From Octopus sinensis (lineage: Eukaryota), in the NCBI RefSeq assembly GCF_006345805.1, contig NC_042997.1, positions 135,780,001 to 135,844,000 on the forward strand: 64,000 nucleotides of DNA, read 5' to 3'. Position numbers and translations under genes: made by a program. Each line of letters starts with the position of its first letter. Position 1 is the first letter of the stretch. Of the stretch, positions 24,511 through 38,040 are shown piece after piece. The notes beneath the pieces are model-generated. The model was not told the origin of the DNA. It saw only the letters and a program-made list of their open reading frames with translations, and did no database searches.

Positions 24511-27500
24511 GGCTCAAAAAAGGAAGATAGTATCAAAGTGGGAGAGCAAAGAATTGAATATAGACGATTGCTCCAAATAACATCATCACTGCTGCACTGA
24601 AAACCAATGGGTTCTTTAGAATGATTGAGCAGATACAGCGGAAGAAAAATGAATTCATCCGACCCTATACTCTTATTAAACCACACATGGACACTCTCGA
24701 TGTGATCATAGAAAATTACTGCAAGGTAGATAAGGACAGGGAAGCCAGAGAAGCAACAAGAAGTCCCTCTGTGCCAGTGGTCCTACAAAGGAATTGAGCT
24801 CTTCAGATGTTATGCGCAAAGCAGCAGCTGAGCAAGAGTCTTTTTTGTGCATGGCATAAAAGATTGTGCAGCAAGCTCACCTGGCTACATCAAGCACAAA
24901 CCAGGAACCTTGACCTCTACTGCGCAAGACAACCCCAATCAACAAACACGGGATAGACTCCCTTAACGCCTGCACAGTCGTCACTTCAAAATATTTTTAC
25001 TAAATTTGGAGGCTATTGCATCACAACAGTAAAAGCAAATTTTTTCCTGAGACACCTTGCTGCATGCAATCAAGCCCAATGCATAGCACTCGTGGAAACT
25101 CATCTAAGCCCTAATATAGAGGATGCAGAAGTACACGTAGCAAAATATGCCATACTACGAACAGACTGTACAGAAAGGAGCCATGGTGAAATTGCTGCAC
25201 ACATCCGTGATGATATCACACCCCAGGTTTTACTGTCGTATTGCAATTCTAATTGTATACATAAGACAGCACAATATAGTCATATGCAATACATATCGCC
25301 CACCGAAAGCTCCAAACCACATAGGCAAATTTGAAGATTGCGTCAAGAATTAAAGAAATCCTCATGAAACTGGAACACCAATTGAGTATCTTTCTTATGG
25401 GTGATTTCAATTTTACCATTGCCAAATGGCCCGAAGGCCTCATGCTCTCAAGAATCACTCATTGCAAACAAGCACTGATGGAGTGCCTGCCCAACCTCAC
25501 CAATGCCCTATTCATGGTGCAAGTTGTGTTCAGACCAACTCGGGCGAATAACATTTTGGATCTCTGCTTCACAAACAATATGGACATTAGTTTCGGATCA
25601 CAGCATAATAGAGCTGTCTATGTATGGACCAAAAGTAGCCAGAGACATACAGCCTAAAGGAAGCACCCGAAACCTCTCCAATCTGAACTTCCACAAAGCA
25701 GACTGGAAGTCGATCCCCCCAAAAAAATCCTCAGACAGTGCTGGACGAAATGTCTCTCCACACCAGACATTGGCATGAAACTAGAATATTTTATATCTGT
25801 TATGAAAACCATATACCAGAAATATGTCCCAGAGCAGAAGGCCAACACAAAAGGAAATATATTCCAAGAGAGAGGAAGATCTTCATGAGACGACGGATGA
25901 AGGCTGCAAATCACTTCAACCTACATTCCAAAACTATTGAAAGGTCCCGCGTAAAAGCAACACGGAGAGAGAAAAAAACCTGCAACAATCCTATGCGATG
26001 GAGAGAGCAGACAAAGAAGCCTGGGTTATAAAAAAACATTAAGTCAAACCAATAGGCCGTCTTGCATTATGCCAAAGAAATAGCCACAATACGCTGCAAA
26101 ATAGGACCCATCTTCCAAAGGATGGCACTCATGGATACTCAAACCACGATTACTGAGGTGCTGAATGACCAGTTCCGAAGTGTCATTACCACCCCGTTGG
26201 AACACAGACAAGTGAACGAACCAGTGGATTTCTTATCGGAGACAAATAAACGAACCAGTGGATTTCCTATAACCAGCGAGGCAGTTACGATGGATTACAT
26301 CGACATTAGTGAAGAAGATGTACTACAAGCAGAGATGAGGTGGGTGCAAACTCAACTGTTGGTTCTGGTGGTTTCCCATGAATCTTCCTCAAATCGTGTA
26401 AGCGTGCCCTGGCGAAATCAATACAGATTCTCTTCCAGAGCTTTCTTGGCAGGCTTCTAGGCAAACTGAAGGAGGGAATAATATGCTCAGTCCATAAAGG
26501 AGGAAGCAGAGCAGATGCCAAAATCTATAGACCTAGCTCGCTGACTTCACACATCAGCAAAGTCATGGAACGGATATTCAGAGGGAAACTAATTGCATTC
26601 TTTGAAGAAAACGACTTGTTGAATGACACACAGCATGCCTTTCGACCAGGTAGGAGCTGCCTGACCCATCACTTACAGCACTATGACTGGGTGTTGAGGC
26701 AGCTGCGCAACAACTCAAATGTGGACGTAACATACCTTGATTTGCAAAAGCTTTTGATAAAGTGGATCATGGTATGATATACCACAAACTGCGTGATTTC
26801 GGCATAGCTGGAAAACTTGCAGAGTGATTACATGACTTTCTGAAAGAAAGAATCAGGCTGTAGGTGTCAATGCAGCCACCGCAAAGAAAACTTAAATGCG
26901 AGGACACTGTCTTAGGACCACTGCTTTTCATACTGGCCTCTCAGATATACCATCAGCTGCTCAGATATCCACCCTTTCTAGATACCCCAGCGATGTTGCA
27001 CACCTGCAACAGGAGTTGGACTAAAATTATAGATGGGCTGAGGACAATAATATGCAGTTTAATGCTCAAAAAGTCCAAGCCCTGCACAACCGGCGTCCAA
27101 AATTTAATATAAAACTTACAGGGTACACTGGTCCACAGGGGATTACAATCCCAGAGTCTAAATCGGGACCTGGGTATCGACATGAGCGAGGATACCTCTT
27201 TCCAAGTAATATTACCAGGATGGCGACAAAGTGCATAGGACTGGCTAGATGTATTCTGAAAACGTTCAGAACCAGAGAGAAGGAAACCATGGTGGTACTC
27301 AGGGAGACATTCGTCCTCAACAACCTGGATTACTGCTCTCAGTTATGGTCAACCAACAGTGTAAAATTAACAGCGTACCTTGAAGCAACCTAGCGAAGCC
27401 TCACAAAGAAGATTGTCTCATTGCAACAGCTCAGCCACTGGGAAAAGCTGAAACAGCTAAGACTCTGCCCCTGGAGCGAAGGAGGGAGAGGTATGCAGTA

Positions 27501-27830
27501 ATATACATCTAGAAAATCCTGGAAGGAAATGTGCCAAATTTTGGCATTGAAAGTTACACAAATGCACGAACGGGTCAACACTGAACAGTGTCAAAGATCC
27601 CAGCAATGCCATCGCACTTCAGGATCTGTTACTGCAACAACCTGGGCTTCAGGGGCCCACAGAATTTTAATATTCTCCCAAAGAGTCTGAGGGACCTACA
27701 CAAAGTGGATGTAGGTGGTTTCTTTCACATCAAAACTAAACCTCTTCCTGTCAAGAGTCCCAGATGAACCTATCTCGCGACTGGAGGTTCAAATGAGGGT
27801 AGGGAGATCAAACTGCAATATTCACTAAGT
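24510..27830 (+). mobile_element. Decayed CR1-group (CR1/L2/Crack-like) LINE with APE endonuclease and RT
   Basis: APE motifs IALVETHL, ICNTYRPP, MGDFNF, PTRANNILDLCFTN and SDH. RT motifs YRP.SLTS..SKVME, QHAFRPGRSCLT, YLD..KAFDKVDH, GPLLF, MQFNAQK and LDYCSQLW. Many stops and frameshifts. Confidence 0.85.
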
Positions 27831-28048
27831 GCCACATATTAGAGGAGGCTCTTAACAATGTTACGATGTTGCAAAACGGCTGTGCCCCAGCATGGCCACT
27901 GCTTTGAGCTGAAACTAAAAAAAGTACCCCCCCCCCCACACACACATATGTATATATATATATACACACACACACACAAAGGTATATATGTATATGTATG
28001 CATACACACAAACACACAGATACGTAAATGTATATAATACATATAAAG

Positions 28049-28049
<1 letters not shown>

Positions 28050-28145
<96 letters not shown>
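28050..28145. repeat. (GATA)n, left flank of the Tx1 element
   Basis: About 24 perfect units. Confidence 0.98.
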
Positions 28146-28514
28146 TGTTTGTTTATTAGCCACACAGGGCTGCACAAAGATAGAACAAATTACAAGGTAG
28201 AGCTTTTCTTTTGAAGGTTTAAAAAAAAAATAAATAAATAAATAAATAATAAAAATAAAATAAAAATAAAAATAAAAAAGGGGGGGGGGTCGATCAAAAG
28301 GGATCGTAAAAGGAGAGAAAGAGGACAAAAAAGAGGGGAGGTTAAAAAAAAGGGGAGAGGAAACAATGATCAATAGGGATCGTTATCACAGAAATGTCAA
28401 TATGAAGTGTAAAGGGGGGACAGGTGAGGTTTACCGTGGAAAGAAAAGCCTACGGAAAAGACCACGGTAACCTCGGTCAATGAAGTCACATGTTATATTC
28501 TTTTTTTTTTTTTT

Positions 28515-31500
28515 GCAAATAAGCAAATCTCTGTATTAATTTTTACGGTTCATAGAATCATAGTCAGGTGGCTTCGTCATTCATACGTGCCATCCTTGCT
28601 ACATTCACCCATCTTTTTTTAAAACATTCACTAGACAAAACTGCCTCTCTACTCTCACTTTTTTCTTCAAGTGATACTTGAAGAAGTTGATGAGAGATTG
28701 ACCAGAGAGGAAAGTGTTGTCTCTAATCCTTTCAGACGCGTCCACCAGATACATTCTTTCGCCATAGCCACAAGTATGATAAAAATAGCTCTTCCTTCCC
28801 GTTTGAAGGAAGGAGGCGTGACGATATTAACGATAGACTCGGCTGATAAACCGACACGTCCCACACGTGACAGCAGTCCTTGACATAAGCCCACAGGTGG
28901 GAAATGCTGGACACTGCACGATTGCGTGCAGAGCGGTTTCGTCGCTCTGCCCGCATCTCGGGCAGGTCGGCCCCGTGTTTCTCGAGCCATGCCTATAGAG
29001 CTTATCCCGAACGGGTAGCGCTTCTCGGTAGCACCGCCAGGCCAGGGATCTGGAAGTTGTCCATAGGTCCCGGGCCGAAGTCGTTTGAAACAGGCGGGTC
29101 AGGTATCCTCGTCGACGCCCAGGGCCCCGAGCTCGTTCGTATACCTCCCCTCCACTAATCCCCTATAGAATGCTTTGGTTGTGTTGAAGTCACTCAAGGT
29201 CGACCCGGGACGGCAGAGTTGCTTGAGAGCAACGCGACACTCGCGGTGCCATTCGCCTTCTTCGGCCTCTTTTTGATCCACGACTGTAGTTCGGTCATGG
29301 AGACGAGTTGCGGAATGCGTGCCTCACAAACGGCGACCACACCTGTTCACCGTCGTCTACATAGAGCCGGAGATGTCGCAGTCTCAGCGCGTGTCTGCGC
29401 ATCATCAACCACGGCATGCCCAGCCCTCCTTTTAACGGGTGTTGACAGCAAATGGATCGCCTGACCATCGGGACGCATCCTTTCCACAAGAAGCGGAGAG
29501 GATGCGTTCTAGTTTGGTGATGGTAGGGTCGGACAAGGTACGACGGTCAGGCGGTAGTAGATGATGGACGCGATGTACGCGTTCACCACCTCCGCCCGAC
29601 CTTTTAGGGACAGTTTCCTCTCGGCCCATTGCTGGGCGAGAGTGACCACCCTACTCGTTATCTCGTTCCAGTTCTTCTCCATTTGGAGGTCCGGACCGAA
29701 CCAGACCCCGAGCAACTCAACCGGGCCGTCTGTCCAGCGTCCCACGACGGAGGTACTGGTGGACGGCATGGGCTTGCTTCTCCAGGTGCCGAGCCGCAAG
29801 CCCCATGACTTTTCCCGGTTGATTTTTGCTCCTGTCACCGCTTCGTAGTCTTTCAGTGTCTCGCCGACCCGCTCGATGTGCTCGTGGGCTTGACACTATG
29901 ACGGTGACGTCGTCCGCGATGCAGACACGCTCGTCCGCATCCTAATTCTCGCGGGATGCCCCTCAGAGTCGCCAGCTTCCGCAGTAGTGGCTCAAGTGTC
30001 AATACGTATAGAAGCGCCGAGAGGGGGCATCCTGACGGACCGAACGTGCAATGTCGAAGGGTCTCGATAGATGTCCATTTACGCGAATTACCGAACGGAT
30101 GCCTCTGTACAAGGCAGCTATCCAGCCGCGGAAGACGGGACCGAAACCAGCCGCTCTCAGGACTGCCTCCAAGTATCGATGGTCTACCCTATCAAGGCTT
30201 TCGATTGATCCAAGTTGATCAGGGCCCCACCCATGCCAGGTTCGTTAACTACCCTGTCTATGGATGTAGCGCATCAGATGGAGGTTGTCATGGATGCTCC
30301 GGCCCGGCACGGCGCACGTTTGTGCGTTGTCGACCAGTTTCCATGACAAGCGCCAACCTCTTGGCTAACACCTTTGTCAAAATTTTCAGGTCTGCATTGA
30401 ACCGAGTGATTGGCCTAAAGTTATCTATAATGTTTCCCTTGTTTGGATCTTTCTCAGCAGAGTTACAGCTCCTCGACTCACAAAACGGGTATGCTCCCGT
30501 TTTGCTGCCAGTTGCAGTATACCGCTGCCAAGACGTCTCCAAACAAGTCTGGCATAAATAGTAAGATTCGTAGGGTAGACCATCCAAACCCGGTGATTGT
30601 CCCTCGAGCATTCTGCCATCGCTTCCCGCACTTCCGCCGCCGTGATGGCACCTTCGCAGCACCCTGCCTTTCTTGTCGAGAGTCGTGGCAGGCTATGTAG
30701 GTAGGCACTGAAGTCTACCCTACGTTCTTGCCCTCCACTCGTCCCGAACAGTCGGGCAAAATGCTGCTGAAAGGCCTCACACATTTTACTTGGCTCGAGC
30801 AATTCGCGCCCCTGTTCATCTACCAGTGACCGAATGGTGGCTTTGTTGCCCTGTTGCGCCTCTGCCACCCGGGCCTCTCTCGCGGCTCCAACACCTTCGT
30901 TCCTTAGAGCACGCATCCTAGCTCTGACAGCACATCTTCGTGTTTGGCGTTGAAGTGTTGGTCGAGGGCCAATCGCCGCCAAAACGTCGGATGCGATGCC
31001 GCTTCTAATTGCCTCTTCTAGCTTCTTAACTAGCTCACCCTCTACTCTATTTCTATCTATGGCTAGTGCTTTGCTGTACCTAATCGCTTCTGCTTTTACT
31101 GCTCTCTTGAGGGCAAACCACCATTTGTTGTTGATGATGGCTCCCGTCAAAGCCCTCTTTACTAGTGTGCTAATCCGGTCTCTGAAAACTTGTCTGGACG
31201 GGAATGATGCGTTCAGTTTCCAGTACCCAGAACCCTGTCTATGTGCCTTATCTAAGTCTAGCGTACACGTCACCAATTGTGATCCGTGTAGCTGACTGTG
31301 TGGAATGTGGACATCCTAAGTTATCCTTGTCTACTGTCCTACACAGTATCCTATCTAGATACGATCTCGACGACCACTGCGGTTGCTCCATGTCCACGTT
31401 GTGCATTTGGGTGGTCGAGTCTGGTGGTGGGTAGTCGGTCCTGTCAGACAGTTGGAATCGTCTGAGCAGGTCTCTGAGGCATTTGCATCCCCTTCTGTTT

Positions 31501-31968
31501 CTGTCTCTACCCACGTAGTCTACATGCGTGTCCAAGGTAGCATCCAATCCCCCACTAAGAGTAAAGGACGAGACGTTCCCAAGAATACTTCTAGACGTCG
31601 AAAGAAATCCGCCCGACCTGTTAAGGGCGGTGCGTAGACTGATACGAGTCGAAAAGCGCACCCATTGCTGCCGTCAACATCCAGAACGATCAGTCTACCC
31701 CTCGGGTCTACGAATATCGTCTTGACTTCGAGATCCAGGCTCTTGTGAAAAAGTACCGCGGTGCCACTACCGCCCATCCTCGGCAGACAGGGAGCGAAAT
31801 AAATGTTAAACTGTCCGCCAAACATGGACTTTAGGGCCCGTGGCTCGTGGAGTCTGGTCTCACTTATGGCTATGATTCCCAAATCATGTGATTGATGTCA
31901 TTTAGGAGGTATCCTTGTTTCCAAGGAGACCCCAAGCCACGCGCATTCACACAACCAATCTTGACCAT
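28515..31968 (-). pseudogene. Tx1 ORF2 (APE endonuclease, RT, C-terminal Cys-rich domain), disrupted
   Basis: ATG at 31968 gives MVKIGCVNARGL, then IIAISET, VSVYAP, LVGDW, LDRIL, GYWKLN, SPGLDGLPYE, FRPIT..NADLKIL.K, AKINREKS, VELLGVWF and LSLKGRA. Confidence 0.92.
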
Positions 31969-31972
31969 GATT

Positions 31973-34112
31973 CTATTGGGGTGTGTGCTTTAAAAACACA
32001 AAATGAAAGTACAGAGAGTTACTTACTTGTGTCGAAAGTTTTGGCTTCCTCGTTCTTTGATGTGTCTTCGAGGAGGTTTCTATATAGTTTTTGGGACAGA
32101 TATTTCTGGAAACCCCTACAGCATTTGGGAAGAGGGCTTTGAGTTTGTGGTGTTGTGTTTGTGTGATGTGTAGTATTTTGATGTGTTTGGGTGGTGTAGT
32201 GCGTGGATGATTGCTATTTTTAAAGTCATCTTCACAAATGTTTGTGTATCCTGTGATGTACTCCATTAGTTTGGAGTCTTTTGTGTCTATCGCTGATAGC
32301 ATTGTTTTTGTGGTGTTGGTGCTTGTTTTGTTGTGTATGGAGTTTTCAGGGTTCAGGTATCTCTCTGCTTTGGTTGCGATTTCTTGTTTGGTTTTTCTTG
32401 ATCTTTTTCTTTACCCCCTGTGGCTATTTGCCATTCTGTCGAACTTTCATCGTTAGATGAAAAGTCTGACGAATCAGCAGGGGGCAAGGGTAAAGCGTCT
32501 GGGTGTGTTTGTGCGGTTGTAGATATTGTTGTGGTGCGCGGGGAGGGTGTTGCTGGGGGGTTTGTTGTGGTTATTGTCTCTCCTACATCCTTGGTGCTTG
32601 TCTTCTTCGTTGTTATTCTTGGTGTATGGAATGGTTTATTTGTTGTTGGTGGTGATGATTCTGTTCTTGGCGCTGGTGTTGGTGTTGTTTGGTTGGGTTG
32701 GCTTGTTCTTTGTTGTTTTTCCTGCATTTCCGCATACAGCTTCTTGACTAGCTGTCCATATTGTGGTGTGGGCAATAATCCTGGCTTTTGTGATTTTTCC
32801 TGTGGTTGTTTTTGTTGTTGTAATTTTGCGGCAGATTTGCACTCCTTTTTGAGGTGTGCCTCACTGCCACATGTATAGCATCGTGGCCTTCTGCCCTCGA
32901 CTACTACGTATAACTTGCGGCCATCCTCAAGATGTACGTGGGTGGGGATTTTATTTATGTCCTCTTGACTTATGTGGAAGAGGAACTCTATTCTCTTTCC
33001 CAGCCAGTCCTTGTTTTCCGAAACACCGATATCTAGGATGTTTATGTCCTCCATTTCGGATGTTAAGGCGGATGTAATCCACAGTGTTGTAGTCACTTGG
33101 GGGACACCACTGATAATGACTTTCGTCACCTTCTGGCCGAGGTAACTCGGTGTCAACGTTAGTTCATCAGAATGAAGGGTTATCGTTGAGAATTTCTTCG
33201 CCAACTCTTCATTCTGAAAAACCACCTGTACGTGTGCGAACTTGTTCGCCCAAGTCACACAATCCTTGTATCCCCAGATGGGGCGTAAGCACTTTTCGAC
33301 TTTGTCTGTGCTTGCCTTTTCTGGACTTTTTGTTTTTTTTATTGTGATTTTATATACAATTGTCTTTTTTTCTCCTCATTCAGTATGTGCTGAGGTATGT
33401 GTAAGAGTATTTTTCCGTTTTGATTTGTAATAAGGTTTCTGCAATCTTTAATCTGTTGTGTAGTAACGAAACTTTTGTTACCTTCTTTTATCGCCTCGGC
33501 GAAGTTTGTTGTTGTTTGTTATTGTTGTTATGCCGGTGGTGTTGGTGTTGATGGCAGGGGTGTGGGTTGTAGGTTTGTGGTTGCTGATTATGCAACTAGC
33601 AAGGGGTGGAAAATTGCCTGCGTAATTTAGTCCGCATTAGCGCAAATTTCGGCATTTCGTTTGCTTGTCGTCGTTATTTTTTCACTTGTTGGTGATGGAG
33701 TGAGCAGTGGTTGAAGGGAATTGTTGTTGTCGTCGTCGTTGTTGTTGTTGTTGTTGTTATTGTCGTTCTTGGTGACGGCGGTGGTGTTAGTAGTATTAGT
33801 AGCATTGACGGCATTGTCTTTGGTGACGGTGATGTTGGTATTGTTATTGGTGGCGACGTCTTTAGTAGGGATAGCAGTTTTAGTAGCAGATTCTGCCATG
33901 GTGTTGTTGTCGGTGTTGGTGGAGGTGGTGGTGGACTCACTGATGGTGTTGACGGTGCTTGGCCTTGCGACCTTTGTTTTGTATTTGTTGCTGTTGTCGA
34001 TGTTGATGGTGGCGGAGTTGTCAGGTTCAGCGTAAGGTAACAGAGCATCCTGTTTTTCTGCCTCTGCGTCACGCTTGACTTGCACCTCAGCCTCGTGGTG
34101 ACCAGTGGCCAT
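31973..34112 (-). pseudogene. Tx1 ORF1 (gag-like, CCHC zinc knuckle), frameshifted
   Basis: Probable ATG at 34112 (MATGHHEAE). CYTCGSEAHLKKEC (CX2CX4HX4C) is preceded by V.VEGRRPR, with Thr/Asn/Pro-rich linkers. The stop at 31975-31973 lies 4 nt before the ORF2 ATG. Confidence 0.85.
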
Positions 34113-34334
34113 TTTGGAAATAAAATGGCTAAATGAAACCACGAAGGCTATGAGAATTTTTTCTTTTAAATTTTGCCCACAAGGGGCAAAATTTTGTGTA
34201 GATATTAATCAAGGTTTGCAGTGGATGTTGTTGCACAACTTTTAAACACAAAATATTTCACAATAAACAATTTTCAACGTACAAAATGACCAACTTACGT
34301 GGAGCCCATTTGACTAGCGTCCGTCCATGTCGAG

Positions 34335-34335
<1 letters not shown>

Positions 34336-34365
<30 letters not shown>

Positions 34366-34366
34366 C

Positions 34367-34442
<76 letters not shown>

Positions 34443-34469
34443 GATAGATAGATAGATAGATAGATAGAT
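34336..34469. repeat. (GATA)n, right flank of the Tx1 element
   Basis: About 33 units with two interruptions. Confidence 0.98.
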
Positions 34470-35819
34470 GGGGTGCAAATAAGTACACACACATACACAC
34501 ACATATGTGTGTCTGTATATATAAATAGGTGTATATATATATATAATGGTTGTAGTTGAATTAAGTATAATCAATCATATTCGTTTAATCAGTGAATGAT
34601 ATTGTTGAGCTACAATAGGTTTGCATCTCCGTTTCAACATTCTAATTTGCTTAAAATTCTTCATATTACACACTGCATTGCTTATAATAGCATATGTAGT
34701 GATTATTACCGAATTGATTTGGCAATTAAGAAGTAATCTGTTCTTCATCACACTTAATGTAATTACATTCAGACTAAGAGTAAAAAAAAAAGAACTATAA
34801 CGAATGTAAGACCTATTTTGCGATCAAATATTGAGAAAAATTACATTCTAATATTTGAGTATAATTTATTTTTGTATCACAGTCATTCTATATTTTGTAT
34901 TTCAATTATGTTAGAAAACATTGCAAACTTATGCAAATCACTTTGTATACTTAACGGAAGCTTATATAATCATAAAGGAAAACTAAAATATTTAAAAATA
35001 TGAACAGTCCAAGAAAATAGATTTATAAAATGTTTTAATGGAATTGTATAACATTTCTTTGCGTAGATCTATGACATATATTACACAGAATGTTTTATGG
35101 CACTAAAAGCATATATTTCAATACTGAATGGGAGAAATGCATGTAAAGTTACAAAATAAATATTCATAAATAAATATATTTATTATTCGTTCAAGATAAA
35201 TGGCTGAGGAAATATGTTATTGGATTACCAAATTCTATCTCCACTTGCCGTATGTTATGAGACCTGAGTCACGCAACATATATTTTAGTGGATCACGGCT
35301 CTGAAGAGATAGTTAACTTTTCATATATAACCAACAATAGCTATAAGCTTGTAATGTTAATAATATCCGGTTCACATTAACAACATAGGAACAGCCAATT
35401 AAATCTGTGCTGAAAACTACTGGTTTATTTTGTGACATTTCCTTCAAATACATTGACCCTCGCGCATAAGAAATACGAATCAACCAATTTTTTTATCAGC
35501 CTGTATTCACGTTTGGTATTGAATTTTAATCTATAAGAAAGTAATGATATTTGCATCCTTCAGAGAACCAGGGAAATATAGAAGAGAGAAAGACTCTGTA
35601 TGAGAGTCAATGTGACATAATAAGATGTACATTAATAAATTTCAGATATATTTGTTGAAAATAAATCCAAACACTGCGATCATCTTTCATTTAGATGAAG
35701 TGACGCATATGGGGAATTAACTGCTCGAGTAGAGTGCCACGATGAATAAATGGAAACCTTCATTCCCGTTGATATTAAATATATCATATATATCATATAT
35801 ATATATATATATATATCAT

Positions 35820-36010
35820 AGATCATAGATAGAAATATACTCTGATGCAGGGAGCTGGAAATGTTTGAAGATTATGTCTGGATAGGATAGGAAAATTTGA
35901 CAAATGTATAGAGGTAGCTTCATACGAGCAACAGCATTTATTGTAAGGCCGAAGGCGTAGAGAGAATTAATTAATTTGAGAGCCAATTGTTGTAGCGTAT
36001 TACACACCTC
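35820..36010 (-). pseudogene. RTE-like RT fragment
   Basis: LQQL.......AFGLTIN resembles the segment just after YADD in RTE/BovB RTs. Confidence 0.45.
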
Positions 36011-36175
36011 ACATAAACATGAAACACTTTACATAATCATCAGTGGTATAGATACTTGAAATTTGCATAAAAGTATAGTAAGACAAAATAATACACAACT
36101 GAAGATAGGTTATGTACAGATCACTACAATATAGTTTTAAATAGTGTATAACACAACGTAATAATTTTTCTATAA

Positions 36176-36606
36176 TGGAAACATGGCCTGGAATTATGTG
36201 GGAGGGGTTATTCCATTACTTCAACCCCAGTCCTTAAATGTTTCTTATTTCATCGGCCCCGAAAGGCTGAAGGACTAAGTCAAATTTGGCGGAGTTTGAA
36301 ATCAAAACTAAGTCGGACGAAATACTACAAAATGTTTTGTCCGGCGTGTTAATGATCTGCAAGCACGCTGCCTTGTAACTTAATAAAATAACGGTTTCAA
36401 AGTTTGGCGCAAAGCCAGCAATTACGGGGAGGGAATGAATCGATTTACATCAACCTCTGTTCTTAACTGGTACTTATTTTATTGACCACGAAAAGATGAA
36501 TAAAAAAACCGACGTCGGTGGAATTTAAACTCCGAATATAAAGACAGACAAAATGTCACGAAGCATTTTAAACACCATGCTAAGGATTTAGCCAGCTTGT
36601 CGCCTT
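36176..36606 (-). mobile_element. Two head-to-tail family B SINEs (36176-36374 and 36392-36606)
   Basis: Each aligns to the reverse complement of 14258-14489. Confidence 0.7.
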
Positions 36607-36708
36607 CTAATACAATATAAAAATAAAATCATGAACACATGAACAAGTTTACAACGTGTAATAATAATTCTTATTAACACCCACACACATATATATATAT
36701 ACATATAC

Positions 36709-36800
<92 letters not shown>

Positions 36801-36824
36801 ATATATATATATATATATATACAC

Positions 36825-36856
<32 letters not shown>

Positions 36857-37346
36857 ATATATAATATATATATGTATATGTATATATAAGGATAAGATCG
36901 ATATTCAAATACCGATCTTATCAGGTGGCCAACATGAGAATAAAAAAACTTCAAGGTAATAATTATTTAAAATTATAATTTAGGGTATCTAAGATGTACC
37001 ACCACGCAGGAAATAGCAATCAATACATGCCTCTAAAACCACATTTAATGTGGTTCTAGAGTCAAATTTAGACCTCGATAGTATGTAAATAGAGGAATTT
37101 ATCTATAAATGTAATATCTCACAATTATTCGGTATCCATGATAAAACTCTGAGTTTCGGATACCGGGGTGGAAATGCATGCCGCCATCTCTCCAGTTATC
37201 CGGCTGTGAGCATTTTCTCCGATGGCTTGATGACTCAAGAGATGGCGGCGCAATAAGTGCATGTAGTTTAGTAATATAGAACTTTTACTGGATGGAGTAC
37301 GCTTCGTATTGACTTTTGCGCAGTAAATTCCTTATATATATATATA

Positions 37347-37555
37347 GCTTTATTTCTTTTATTTTATTTGTTCGGTCATTTGACTACGGCTATTCTGGAG
37401 CACCGCCTTTAGTCGAACGAATCAATGCCAGGACTTATTCTTTGTAAGCCTAGTACTTATTCTATATATCGGTCTCTTTTTTCTGAACGGCTAAGTTACG
37501 TCGACGAGATCACTCCAGATCGGTTGTCAAGCGATGATAGGGGTCGAACACACAT
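37347..37555 (-). mobile_element. Family A SINE, tail half
   Basis: Matches the tail of 1986-2387. Confidence 0.75.
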
Positions 37556-37562
37556 ATGTATG

Positions 37563-37595
<33 letters not shown>

Positions 37596-37932
37596 GAATG
37601 AAAGTTTCTATTTATTTATTTTCTCACTGATTCTTCTCATTTCAAAAAACACTCTGGCCTTTTGACCACTCCCCTAAGAACAATAGCTTGTGCCCTGTTT
37701 ATCTCCTAAATACCAACCTACCCAAAAAACGTCCCCCACCACCACTCCATTAAATCTGCCTAAATGTATAAATACCAGAACTTATTTTGACAGCCAGCTT
37801 CATGAAGATTTCATCTGAATGAAATAGTTCTAGTCCTGTAGAAGCTCCTTCTATAAAATAAATTACTTTACTCTGCTATGTATTGAGTACCTTATTTACT
37901 GTGGTTAACCCCGACTCAACCCGGGACCTACC

Positions 37933-38005
<73 letters not shown>

Positions 38006-38040
38006 TGTGTTGTGTGTGTGTGTTGTGTGTGTTGTGTGTA

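Larger units (their letters stand above)
28146..34335 (-). mobile_element. Full-length decayed Tx1/L1-clade LINE (about 6.2 kb) inside a (GATA)n array
   Basis: 5' UTR, ORF1, ORF2 and a 3' UTR ending AATAAACAAACA. Both ends abut (GATA)n. Confidence 0.92.

Noticed and set aside
23655-24600. 291-aa and 201-aa Leu/Ser/Pro-rich ORFs
   Set aside because: They are by-products of a CT-rich tract that lacks stop codons.
26214-26271. Direct duplication of AACGAACCAGTGGATTTC inside the CR1-group LINE
   Set aside because: It is an ordinary local slippage duplication in a dead element.
28667-33077. Plus-strand ORFs antisense to the Tx1 element
   Set aside because: They are shadow ORFs of GC-rich or low-complexity coding sequence with no motifs.
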